Assembly: GCA_965603825.1 (NCBI GenBank)
Contig: CBFDEM010000033.1
Location: 434,001-498,000, forward strand
Direction: 5' to 3'
Length of the DNA: 64,000 bases
Source of the DNA: Blepharisma stoltei ATCC 30299
Taxonomy: Eukaryota; Protista; Ciliophora
Shown here: piece by piece, positions 13,464-26,030 of the stretch
Layout of the letters: every line of letters begins with the position of its first letter
How positions within the stretch are numbered: position 1 is the stretch's first letter
The notes under the pieces: model-generated
What the model saw: the letters and a program-made list of their open reading frames with translations, nothing else
What the model was told of the DNA's origin: nothing
The model's database searches: none
Translations under genes and position numbers: made by a program

Positions 13464-14870
13464 ATGCAATCAATATGACCTGCTAATCAAATAAGAACAA
13501 TTTTCGTTATTTTTGCTTGGATATGAGCTGATGGCGTTTCTCTTGATATTGGCTTAACGATGAATATATCGCAAGCTTCGTTGTGAACTTATATTGAACT
13601 AAATACTTCTGGGATTCAATATTACTACACTTCTATAAAACTTGAAATAAAATCTAGAGATTTTCAATGCTTTCCTTTATTATCTTTAGGACTGATGGGG
13701 ATGCCGGAATTTTTGAAAATAAGTGATATTTATAGTGTTACAGGGGATTATACAGATTTTTATTCATATGAAAACCAATTGAACGAGCATCAAATAATCC
13801 TTGATTCCACAATTTTTAAAAACAATTCCAAAGCTTATCTTGGGATTGCTTATCCAAGTTACTGAAAAAATAGTTCACTTTTCTATTCAATCACCTTTTT
13901 TCAATCAAATAGTTTTATTTGTGCTTCGGGGTGCTCTTCACATGGCAGATGCTCAGGCATAGACCAATGCTTGTGCAACTTTGCTTATATAGGAAGAAAT
14001 TGTGGAATAAAATCTACATATCTCGTCTATAATAAACCCGGCCAACTTACTATAGAAAATGACAATATTGAATATTTCTTTATTGATTTGTCTAATTGTA
14101 ATTTAAATTCAGGGCATGAATCAAATTTGCTTCTTAATTGCAGCTGAATAGGTGAAACCAGCATTCTTTTTATAGGGAAGCCTTCTACTTTGTAATTAAT
14201 ATCCAGAGCAAATGACCTCCCTAATAAGAAAAATTATTATTCTTGGATTTCTCTGACTAAGGATGCATCATCACAAGACGCTATTATATCAGACTTATCA
14301 AATTTTAAAATAATTTTGTTAGCAATTTTTAACACCTATACAGATTCTGGACAAAATTTATCAATTTCTTGTACTTGATCTGAAGATTCTTCTAGTTCTT
14401 CAAATCTTAATGTAACCATTATATGAATATCAATTCCAGCCTTTATAGTAGCGCTATTAATGATATCATTGATATTATGGTTTTATCGTCGCGTCAATAG
14501 AGTTCATACTATTCATCACTCGCACGATTCTACACTTGTTGGGATTAATATTGATATAATTCAAAATTATTACCCTATTTATACATGGAGGGACTTAAAA
14601 AATGTCATTGAGGATACAGAGATATGTGTAGTTTGCATGGAAAATTTCGAGGAAGACTCAAAAGTAAGAAAATTGATATGTGACCATGTTTTTCATGCAG
14701 AGTGTATAGATGAGTGATTTAAACAGCATAAGTTTTGCTGTGTATGTAAAAAGGATTGTGAAGCAGTCGAAACTTTATTTTCGCAAGGATGCTCACAAGA
14801 TATACGTATGGAAAGGACTAGCTTATTTACTGATCGTTCAAATGACTTGAATGTTCAAAGTGTCGAATAA
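13464..14870 (+). CDS. EGF-TM-RING-H2 membrane E3 ligase, copy 2 (~458 aa)
   Basis: Same architecture; introns 14098-14112 and 14192-14206; RING CVVCMENF..CDHVFHAECIDE(TGA=W)F..CCVC. Confidence 0.88.
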
Positions 14871-15713
14871 TAAATTTATCGGAGCAGATATTTTCGAGTA
14901 ATTTATAATTATATGTTAATATTTAATTGCATTTGTTAATAATAAATTAAATATGATTAAGCCAAATAGAATGCAAATACTCTTAAATTAAAATTTGACT
15001 ATTAAAAGAAAGAAGGACTTACTTTCAGAATAATATATAAAAATATTGTATAAAATTCTTAATTAATTAATATTCATAATTCGATTAATTTGAAGTTATC
15101 TAGCATTTAAAATGAAGCTGGACCATCTTTGATAAGTCTGAATTTATGCTATGATGAAAATTATTATTTATCTTCAGATACAATTAATTTGTGATTCTTT
15201 TGCATAATTGTAGTGCTGTTTTTTTTGTGACAAGAGTATAAAAATTTTGATAATTATCAATTTATTTTTAATTTAAAATACATGCAAAAGTCTTTAAATA
15301 TGAAAAATCAATAGATTTTTTTATATATCTCCTATATTGATTTTTTGATTAAATTGTTTTGGTCGAGTTTCAATTTATAAGATCATAAGGCTTTATAAAT
15401 TTATATGGTATAAATGATGTTGAAATTTTATAACTCTTATTCAATATAAGGCAACCTTTGATTTTCTACAAATGATTAATTCTTATTAGAACTTTATACT
15501 TAAAAACATATAAATAATTAAAACATTTAAGATAAATATTTAAATATTGTTGAATATTTGGCCAAGTGTAAATAATAGTGTTTTACCTGAAAATATTGCA
15601 ACATTTAATATTAAGCCATCAAGAAATTTAAGTGACTCTTTTACTGGGCTTATTGCTGATGAGCTAAATAGCGTGGAATTAATGCGAAATTTATTTAAAT
15701 ATTGATATATATA

Positions 15714-17081
15714 ATGCAATCAATATGACCTGCTAATCAAATAAGAACAATTTTCTTTATTTTTGCTTGGATATGAGCTGATGGCGTTTCTCTTGATATT
15801 GGCTTAACGATGAATATATCGCAAGCTTCGTTGTGAACTTATATTGAGTTAAACACTTCTGGAATTCAATATTACTACACTTCTATAAAAGTTGAGATAA
15901 ATACTAGAGAGTTTCAATGCTTTCCTTTATTGTCTTTAGGACTTATAGGGATGCCGGAATTTTTGAATATAAGTGATATTTATAGTATCACAGGGGATTA
16001 CACAGATTTTTATTCATATGAAAACCAATTGAGCGAACATCAAATAATTCTTGATTCCACCATTTTTAAAAACAATTCCAAAGCTTATCTTGGGATTGCT
16101 TATCCAAGTTACTGAAAAAATAGCTCACTTTTCTATTCAATCACCTTTTTTCAATCAAATAGTTTTATTTGTGCTTCAGGATGCTGATCAAATGGTTGAT
16201 GCTCAGGCATAGACCAATGCGAATGCAACTTTGCTTATATAGGAAGAAATTGTGGAATAAAATCTACATATCTCGTCTATAATAAACCTGGCCACCTTAC
16301 TGTAGAAAATGACAATATTGAATATTTCTTTATTGCTGTACATGATTGTAATTTAAATTCAGGGGATGAATCCAATTTGCTTCTTAATTGCAAGTGAAGA
16401 GGTGAAACTAGCATTCTTTTTATAGGGGAGCCTTCTACCATGTAATCAATATCTAGAGCAAATAACCTCCCTAATAAGAAAAATTATTACTCTTGGATTT
16501 CTCTGACTAAGGATGCATCATCACAAGATGTGATTATATCAGGCTTATCAAATTATAAAAAAATTTTGTTAGCAATTTTTAACACCTATACAGATTCTGG
16601 ACAAAGTTTATCAATTTCTTGCACTTGATCTGATGATTCTTCTAGTTCTTCAAATCTTATTGCAATCATTATATCAACATTAATTTCTGTCTTTGTTATA
16701 ATATCTATGATATTATGTATATGATGGTGTTTTCGCAGCCGTAATAGTGTTGTTGGGATTAATATTGATATAATTCAAAGTTATTACCCTATTCATGCTT
16801 GGAGGGACTTAAAAAATGTCATCGAGGATACAGAGATATGTGTAGTTTGCCTGGAAAATTTCGAAGAAGAATCTAAAGTAAGAAAATTGATATGTGACCA
16901 TGTTTTTCATGCAGAGTGCATAGATGAGTGATTTAAACAGCATAAATTTTGCTGTGTGTGTAGAAAGGATTGTGAAGCAGTCGAAAATTTATTTTCAAAA
17001 ATCTCACAAGATATACGTATGGAAAGGACTAGCTTATTTACTAATCATTCAAATGACTTGAATGTTCAAAGTGTCGAATAA
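15714..17081 (+). CDS. EGF-TM-RING-H2 membrane E3 ligase, copy 3 (~445 aa; recent duplicate of copy 2)
   Basis: Near-identical to copy 2 except for the TM region; introns 16348-16362 and 16442-16456. Confidence 0.88.
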
Positions 17082-17808
17082 TAAAATTATTGGAGACTAA
17101 AAATTAATAATAAATTAAATATGATTAAGCCAAATAGAATACAAATACTCTTAAATTAAAATTTGACTATTAAAAGGAAAAAGGTCAGCTATTTTAAATT
17201 GGCAAGATTATAGATAGAGTTCGTAATTTTCTTTTCAGACTATATAAAATTCTTAATTAATTAATATTCATAATTCGATTAATTTGAAGTTATCTAGCAT
17301 TTGAAATGAAGCTGGACCATCTTTGATAAGTCTGAATTTATGCTATGCTGAAATTATTATTTATCTTCAGATCCAAATTAATTTGTGATTCTTTACATAA
17401 TTGTAGTGCTTTTTTGTGACAAGAGTATAAAAATTTTGATAATTATCAGTTTATTTTTAATTTAAAATACATGCAAAAGTCTTTAAATATGAAAAATCAA
17501 TAGGTTTTTTTATTTATCTATTTTGATTTTTTGATTAAATTGTTTTGGTCGAGCTTCAATTTATAAGATTATAGGGTATTATAAATTTAGTTTATCTGGT
17601 TCAAATGATTTTGAAATTTTATAAGATAATCAGTTATTATAAATAAAATGTAAAAAATACAATATCAGCTAAAAAAATATTAATACTATGCTTATAAAGA
17701 TCTTTAAATTTGCTGCTATATTAATTTCGATTTATGTTTTTTCAATTTTTCTAATGCTTACAATCCAATAGGATCTTTTACATTTTCTGATAGAAAATCA
17801 TAAAAATA

Positions 17809-19125
17809 ATGTCCAAATATATATACCAAATACTCGTGGCAATTAGTATTTATGCCAATACAATCACTTCAGCAATAGAAATGTATAGCATGGGCCAAGA
17901 AGTTGAGGTTTCACAGTCAACTTTATGAGTCCATGTACAGTTAAATTCTTCCAGCATCCAACAAAGGTATATATCAATATCGCTCTTTATTAAGTCTAAA
18001 AATTTCAGATCCCTTCCTTTACTGGTTTTGGGTTTTAACCAGCTTCCAAAATACTTAGACCAAAATGATACATCCAGCCTGAAATATGATTATGTTGATT
18101 ATTATTCATATGAAAACCATTTGAATGATCATTCAATAATAATGGACACAAACGATATTCCATCATACTCATTAATATTTGTTGGTATTTTTCATAGAAA
18201 TTTTGATCGTGAAACCATCACTTACTCTTTAAAATTCGAAGAATCAAATCAGCATCTTTGCCAGTCGGGCTGCTCAGGACATGGGCTATGCAAATCTATT
18301 AATAATTGCATTTGTAATGCTGGATTTATTGGGAGAAATTGCGGGCAAAGAGGCTCACTTGTGCATTTCGATAAAAATACTTCGATAGAAATTAGCAGGA
18401 ATGAAGTAGGATATTTAGTAGCTGATCTCAGCGATTGTAACTATTATTTAGATGAATATACAAAATTTATTCTTCAATGCAAATGGAGCGGAGAAGTTGG
18501 AGCACTTTATATAGGGAATCCTACAGTTGAGTAAATTTTATATAGTATATCAGATCTTCCAAATAGAAAAAATCATTTTTTATGGACTTATTTGGATCAC
18601 TCTACAGTTCCAACTCTTTATAAGCTTACTCTTAGAGATTTCACAAAAACTACAGTTATAGTATCAATTTTCAATACTTTTATTGGCTCAGAAAATAGTA
18701 TTTTTATTGAGTGCCAATTACTCGAAGACTTACCTGAAACATCTACCTTTTTAAATTGCCTATTTTTACTATGTTTTATATGGCCATTAATCTTGATAAA
18801 CTTATTGTTTTATTTGAAATATCGTGGTGATATTATTGGGGGAGGAAGTCCGGTTGAGATTAATGGAATTCCTAAAAAAATTATAAATTCCTTATATCCT
18901 TGCCAATTTTGAAGAGATATTAAGATGCAATGGGATACAAAAATATGCATCATTTGTATGGAGGAATTTAAAAGCCAGTCAAAAGTGAGGCAATTGATAT
19001 GCGGGCATGCTTTTCATAGAAACTGCATTGATGTGTGGTTTAAAAATAGTGTAAGCTGCTGTGTTTGCAAAAATAATTGCAACAAGGCTGAACAAAAAAA
19101 TTTGTCTCCGAGTGTTTTAGGATAA
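17809..19125 (+). CDS. EGF-TM-RING-H2 membrane E3 ligase, copy 4 (~428 aa)
   Basis: Signal peptide; EGF CQSGCSGHGLC..CICNAGFIGRNC; TM; RING CIICMEEF..CGHAFHRNCIDVWF..CCVC; introns 18437-18451 and 18531-18545. Confidence 0.88.
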
Positions 19126-20588
19126 ATAATTTAATCTGATTAAATTAATAAAAATCTAACTATTGAACTACTTTAAATTTGTGGAATTATTATAACTATT
19201 ATTTTAATCATTAAAAATAAAAAAAACGAATAAAATTTTTAATATTCTTATTCAATCTATGGAAAGAAAGATCTCTGAAAGCCTGCTACTTCATTGATAA
19301 TTTTTTATCTCGATCATGATCGATTAGCCAGTGATAAATCTGTTTATTTAATTCCAGTATTCTCCAGACCTGCTCTGGAGGACTTTCTGATCATATTTTA
19401 TAATTCTTCTTCCCACATCCTCTGAATTTCAAATTCGATCCAACCAAAGCTAATAATTTATTCGGACCAAATTGCAATTATTAGCGGTCATTTCTCCGGA
19501 TTATGAGACTCAAGCTCATCCATCAGCCTCAAGCAAGGAGAAATGCATATCTACCCATTTAGAGCAGGAGCTGGAAGACAAGGAGGATATATTCGAGCAA
19601 GCAGGTGCAAATCCAGGTTGTCAATAGCATCATAAGCCGAAAAATAGCAATTGGTATTCGAGCTAGCTCGCCAAGCAAATCATCCCAATTGTTTAATTTC
19701 GACTTGTTAAACAATATGTAAGCAGTCAAACCGTAATTAAAATTAAGATTCAATGTAACTCAACTTTAGATTGGTCGTTTTCTATAGACAGTTTAAATCA
19801 GAAGTCATAAACTATGATTTAAAAGTATTAAATCTAATGAAATTATGTGCCCCTCAGAATGATCTCAGCATGGAGCTTCCTTATAGTTTGGAAATACAGC
19901 TATGATGAATATCATATTGGGAGGGAGTTGCGAAATAGCATCTTGCCCATTTTATCCCAGTAAAATCATATGATTGATGTTATTTATCAATAGGCAGATA
20001 TAAACTTGAGTAATCATTATATTGTAAATATATAAATATAGAATTTAGCTCCTGAATAGGTGGAGGCTATAGAGAGCATGCATATTAGGAATCCAACTAA
20101 TAAAATTTTTATATATATTATTTAATCTTCCGAATGAAATAATTTTTTATACTCTTCAAATTTTAAAAATCTCCAGAAACGTGAATTTTTATATTAATTA
20201 TAGAACATCTACAGCATTTCTTTTTATAGCCATTTCTAATAAAAACTACATTCTATTCAAGCTATAACAACAACGTAAAAGCTTCAGAATGGAAATTCAG
20301 AGTTTGCTGAGTTTTTTGGCTAATGACTTTCTTTGTTCAATTAATTATGAATCCTGTTTGGGTTTTTACCGATTATTTTACCCTACAAAAGAAGAAGATA
20401 AAATTGGAATAAGTCGTATTTTCAAAAAATGCTTAAATTCTTTCTACACGGTTATATATTTATTCATATGGACCACGACTATAAATCCAATAAAAATAAT
20501 CTTATAATTTGGTAGCATAATAATGCTTTATTTAGAAAAATTTAATTTTCAGTCACTCTCAAAGAATTGGCGTATAATTAATAAATTA

Positions 20589-21999
20589 ATGAATCATTCA
20601 AGAATATATGGTGTCTTTATAATTCAAATTGCATGAAGCATGCTATCGCTTGATATTAATCAGTCACTTAACATTTCTCAAGACATATTGTTGAATGTTT
20701 TAGAATTTAAACCCTCAAACATACAGGAAAGGTACATTTCCATAGAACTTACTTTAAACAACTTTAATTATACAGCAATTCCTTTATTGACTCTAAGTCT
20801 TAATAATCAGCCCACGCTTTCCAAGCCTCCACAAATTTCTTCTCTAATTTCAAATTTCACTGATTTTTATGCTTACAATAATCAGCTCGCTCAGCATACA
20901 GTTATCTTTGATTACCAAGAAATGGCATTCAATACTTCATTTTTTATTGGAATTTTATATGAAAATTATAGTGATTCTGCAATAACTTATAATTTAAAAT
21001 CTCAAGAGTCTAGCGATTTGATGTGCCCTAATAAATGCTCAGGCATTGGACGAGGAAGGTGTGCCGCCCTTAATAATTGTGCTTGCTATTTTCCATATGT
21101 AGGAAGAGATTGTGGGAATAGAATTTCAGTAGCTAATTTAAATAAAAATGTGACTGTACCAATCGAGAGCTCCCAAAGAGGTTATTTAGAAATAAACAAC
21201 ACGCAACGTAATTGCTATTCAGTAAATAAGAGTAGTGTGATTTTAAAATGCACATGAATAGGAAATGCTGGGATGATTTATCTTGGCTGACCAACTTCAA
21301 AGTAATTGATAAAGTAGCGAAAAAGATTTACCGAATAGAAATAATTACATGCTAAGGCTCAATATAGGCCAAGATAAAAGCCCTCTTGAAAAGAAAATTG
21401 ATTTTTCTGAGTCTAATCCAATTTCATTAATGGCAATTTATAATACTCAGGAAGACAAAAAAATAACCATTGCTTGCCAAATATATGAAAGTTCATCATC
21501 ATCGTCATCATCATCATCATCATCTGCAAAAGTTTCTAAGCCAATTATAGTTCTCATCTGCATTCTCTGCATTTCATGCTCACTTTTAATCATGCTAGCA
21601 ATTGGCTGTGTCCTACGTTATCGCTATCTCAAATCAATGAATTCGCGAATTTCCGAAATAGAAAGCCCTTCAAAAATTCCTACAAACTCAATAAATACCT
21701 GATACCCTATCACTGACTTAAAAGATTTCAAACATATGGAGCTTCCCGCAATGTGTATGATTTGCATTGAAGACTATTCCCCTGATTCCAAAGTCAGAAA
21801 ATTAAAATGTGGGCACATTTTTCATGCTGCCTGCATTGATGAGTGGTTTAGGCACAACACTATTTGCTGCTTATGCAAAAGGGTTTGTGATACTGTTGAA
21901 GCATCACCTTTAGGTGATTGCTCACCTATAAGAGACGATAGTACAAGAATCTACAATGAATCTTTTAATGGGCTGACTATTGTAGAAATACAGCAATAA
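20589..21999 (+). CDS. EGF-TM-RING-H2 membrane E3 ligase, copy 5 (~459 aa)
   Basis: EGF CPNKCSGIGRGRC..CACYFPYVGRDC; poly-Ser stalk; TM; RING CMICIEDY..CGHIFHAACIDEWF..CCLC; introns 21208-21222 (15 nt) and 21302-21317 (16 nt, which explains the frame change). Confidence 0.88.
21493..21523 (+). repeat. (TCA)n microsatellite encoding a poly-Ser juxtamembrane stalk
   Basis: tcatcatcatcgtcatcatcatcatcatcat immediately before the TM segment of copy 5. Confidence 0.8.
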
Positions 22000-22028
22000 G
22001 TATCCAAATTGTTGATAAAATTAATTAA

Positions 22029-23129
22029 TTATTTAACCCGTTTACCTTCTTTCCACTCACCTTCTTTTCTCTCACCTTTTGGATTATAATAAACACCACT
22101 TCCATGCTGTTTTCCATTATACCAATATCCTTCATATTTTCTACCATCTGGCCAAGTAAAAACGCCATACCCTTGTTTCTTGTCATCGATATAGCCTCCT
22201 TTATAGCACCTTCCATCAGCCCATGTGAAATTTCCGTTTCCGTCCATTTTATTTTTCCTTCATTCTCCTACATACTTTCTTCCATCACTCCAACAATAAA
22301 CTCCCATTCCATGTATATTGTTATCAAAAAAATCACCCTCATATGTGCTTCCATCAGCCCAGTTAAATTTTCCTTTTCCATGCTTTTTTCCATGCTGGTA
22401 CTCCCCTTCATATTTAGCATGATCTGGCCATGTTTCGACGCCATATCCATGCTGTTTATCGTCTTGTCATTGTCCTGTATATTTGGCTCCATCTGTATGT
22501 GTATAAATTCCATATCCATGAGCTTTATCATCTTTTCATTCCCCTTCATATATATCTCCGTCGCCATGAATTAGCCTTCCTTTTCCATTGGCTCTATCAT
22601 GTTTCCAATACCCTTCATATTTGCTTCCGTCACATCATACTTGTGTCCCTTTACCATGCCTTTCTAGATTTTCGCTTCATTCTCCTATATAAACGGCTCC
22701 ATTTTCTAATTGGACTGGACCTCGCTGAATCTTTTGAATTCCGTCTGAATCGTCGACGTCGTATGTAAAAGGGCCAAGTTTTCGAGATGCAGCTATTGTG
22801 GAAGCGTTGGAGTAGTTTGGGATTTCTCCTTGAATTTCATGTACTGAAGTACGGGGTTGAGGAGAATAGCCTGACATCATGCGATTTTCAGTTGGGGAAG
22901 CTCGGAAATAGTCTTTTGTTAAGCGACGATCTATATAACCTCGAATAACTGATTGAATTTTTATTAAATTTTCAATATTTATGGATAACGGAGGTGGAGA
23001 TATTTGAGGTTTTAGCAAGAAGTCAGGGGCAGATTCTTGTTGAGGTTTGGAAAAAATGTTTTCTGATTTTACATTAAATTGAACATCTTCTGCTGTTGTG
23101 TCTCGTAAGCATGAACAATGTTGACCCAT
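22029..23129 (-). CDS. MORN-repeat protein with N-terminal acylation motif and IQ motif (366 aa)
   Basis: MGQHCSC N-terminus; [14 protein letters not shown]; tandem MORN repeats (YEGEW..DK.HGYG) in which the conserved W is often TGA. Confidence 0.92.
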
Positions 23130-23262
23130 ATTTTTATGTTAAATTTTTGAAATTTTGATAGGAATAGTCTTAAATTGTATTAGATATAAAACCCCTCAAA
23201 AAATTTTTTTCAAAGAAATCTTAAATTTTTGGTCATTAATTTATTTATATTTTAAGATTTTG

Positions 23263-24645
23263 CTATTCTATATCTCCAACTAGGATTTTATAAGTGTCAA
23301 TTGCACTAGGAATGCTGCGACTATTATTTGTATCAACTTCAAGCCTATCACATTGAGAAAACTCTTGGCAAGATTTTCTTCTTGAATCTACAGGTAATAA
23401 CTGTCTAAACGTTGCATCATTCTGCATTTCCTTCAGCCTTAACGCTATAGGTTTTCTATGAAACAGCTTAACATCATCTATTTCTTCTTTATTTTTTCCT
23501 TCATTTTCTGAGCGATTTTCTATATCTTTTTTCCTTTCGACCTTTAAATCTTGTAGGGACAAATTTTTACTCATTTTTTGATTTTTAGCATTAACTGAAT
23601 GCGGCCGAAAATGAACTTCACTATTTGCTTGCCCTCTTGGAGTATTTTGGGCTGTTTGGCTTGGTGTATAAAGTCTTGTTACAAGCTCACTTATTTGATC
23701 TGCTGATAACTTCGGAGACTCTGCTTGAAGCTCTTGCTTGGCTTCTTTGTGAGCATTCATAAGTCTTGTTCCAGATGCAATTGCATCTTTAAGAGAAAAT
23801 AACTTTTCATCGCTGCTGAGAATAGCTGGCTGTGGAGACTTTGGCTTAATTAGTCTTTCAAAAGTCTCAGGATCTGATTCTTTTTTGGTATTTATGCGAT
23901 TCTGCATTAGCATGAGCTCATCAATTTCTTTTTGCTCTTGAATTCTCTTAATGTAATTAATTTTTTCCCACTTTTTCTTTTCAAAATCTTGTAGCCTATC
24001 AACAAGATTGCTGACCTGATCTTTGGACAATTTTATACTCGAAACTTCTTTACTCGCTTCAATGTCTGACAATTCTTTTATTTTTTTACGCATTTCAAAG
24101 GTTTCTTGCCGACTGGATGCATCTGCAATGAGACGACTGAATGTGGCTTCCTTTTGAGTTTTAGGGATTTTCTTTTTGACTAGATGCTTTTCAAATTCTT
24201 CTTGTTCTTTTTGTTTAGAAAGCTGCAAAAGTTTTTCTTTAGTCACAACTCTTCGGTTGTTATCTTGCTCCATTCTCTTAAAAAATTCTGTTTCCTTAAA
24301 TTGAGGAGGGGATTTAGCCTTATAAATCCGATTTTTCTCTATAATGTTCCTTCTATTAATATCGAAAATCATTCGATCCAGGACATTCATGTTAGAAGTA
24401 TTGATCCCCTTGAGCCATGTATTGACTGATTCTTGAAAGGTTTGTTGTTGAAAAATAATAGGCTTAGGTGGGGTCCATGGGGCAGTATCCTCATAATCTT
24501 GAGGAGAAGCTAATTTTGTGAACACCCCTTTGGAGCCAGAAACACTCATAGTATGGAATGCTAAAGCATCAATTTGCTCAGAGTATGTAGGCTCTTCACA
24601 TCTATATTGCTCTTACACTGACATATCGTCACGGTTTAAATCCAT
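23263..24645 (-). CDS. Coiled-coil, charged hypothetical protein
   Basis: 428-aa ORF extended to ATG 24645 by removing the stop-containing 15-nt intron 24602-24616 (gtaagagcaatatag); recurring F.RL motifs. Confidence 0.75.
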
Positions 24646-25189
24646 TTTTTATTAAGTATACATCTTTAAATAGCAGAAAATGAAAAAATAATGGGAAAAG
24701 GGAAAAAGCATTTTGAGGAAAACGAGCACCTTTGCATAATAATTTTATGCGAAATTTTTTAAGATAAATTTAATTAAATAGAGAGTTGAAATTACTATGA
24801 GAATAAAAATTAGTATTCCAGCATTTTTGTATTGAAATGATAAGGTATGGAATGCTTATGAAATTATATAAAGTTTTATCGTTAGGATAGTCTTGGATTT
24901 TGAATTATAAAACAATACTCAAAAGATGGCTTATAATAAGACATAAAGGAATAGAAATTTCAAAATATCTTTGGAAACTAAAATCCTTTAAGAGTAAGAG
25001 ACTTGAAATGATCAAAAAGAAAATCATATATTAATGTAAGAGAATTGATATTTATTTATCAGATTTTTTTTATACTTATAAACACAGGATTAAGTTTTCC
25101 TACTTATATGTGAATTTAATTAATGTAAATGCTAATATCTCACAGTTTCTAACAAAAATTGATCATAATTTGTTGAAATAATTGATTTA

Positions 25190-25471
25190 ATGAATAGCCA
25201 GCATTATGAATCAGATCCGTCATCTTCTGAAAACACAGCTATTTTATCACTTGCTGATCCTAGATCAAGGAATAACTCAAGATTGCCTACTTTGGCACCG
25301 CAAAAGCAAACAATTGAAGAAAATGAGCAGCCTACGGGAGAGTTTGGAGACGTAAATATAATATCAAGTGTTTTGAAAGCAAGTTTGAAGAATAGCATTC
25401 ATTTTTCAAAGAAAGACGAGACGAAAAAAGATCAGACCTTAGAGGATAAAGCTTGCTGTATTTTAATATAG
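25190..25471 (+). CDS. Small protein with C-terminal CaaX-like prenylation signal
   Basis: 93-aa ORF ending KACCILI-stop(TAG). Confidence 0.6.
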   Translation: MNSQHYESDPSSSENTAILSLADPRSRNNSRLPTLAPQKQTIEENEQPTGEFGDVNIISSVLKASLKNSIHFSKKDETKKDQTLEDKACCILI

Positions 25472-26030
25472 ATAAATTAAAAATTGTATGCGAGTAATAA
25501 TTTTGAAGGTGGCAAATTATTGAGCAGCCATGAGAGTTTATTCGCCATGCAGAAAATATCATAAGATTATTTATTAAGCAAAAATTTAATTTTAGTTATG
25601 ACATAAGCGATATGTATTACTTTTAATTTATATAAATAGAAATACGATAGAAATGCTGAATTCAAAGACTTATTTTAAATTTTAAGTTGAACAATCATTG
25701 CAGCTGTAAAGCATTTCAAGTATTTCGCAAACTTATTGTGTTTAAGGTATCTAAAATTTGAATATTTGTAAAGCTATATTAAACTTATACCTTCCGTAAA
25801 GAACATTGTACAGCGTTAAGTATAGTAATTTTATAGTCATAAAATTAAAATTTCTAAGTATACTCTTAAAAATTGCAATTAAGTGCAATAGATTGGTAAA
25901 GATTAAAGAGCTAAATTTATTATTTGAATTTATAACATTAAAGATATTACAAACAAAAATAATTTGACAATCGCTCTAAAAATACATTCTCAAATTCATT
26001 AATTTTACTTTTATCTTATAATTAAATATC

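Larger units (their letters stand above)
13314..17620 (+). repeat. Tandem segmental duplication (~2.25 kb unit: ~13314-15430 and ~15564-17620)
   Basis: The second unit starts with an orphan copy of copy 1's 3' tail (aagtgtaaataatagtgttttacctg) and repeats the whole copy-2 gene and much of its downstream intergenic DNA. End points are approximate. Confidence 0.9.

Noticed and set aside
22029-22680. Selenocysteine explanation for the in-frame UGAs
   Set aside because: UGAs align with Trp and exchange with TGG, not with Cys codons.
22104-22768. Overlapping ORFs 22104-22574, 22430-22768, 22268-22567, 22025-22216
   Set aside because: Shadow frames of the MORN gene.
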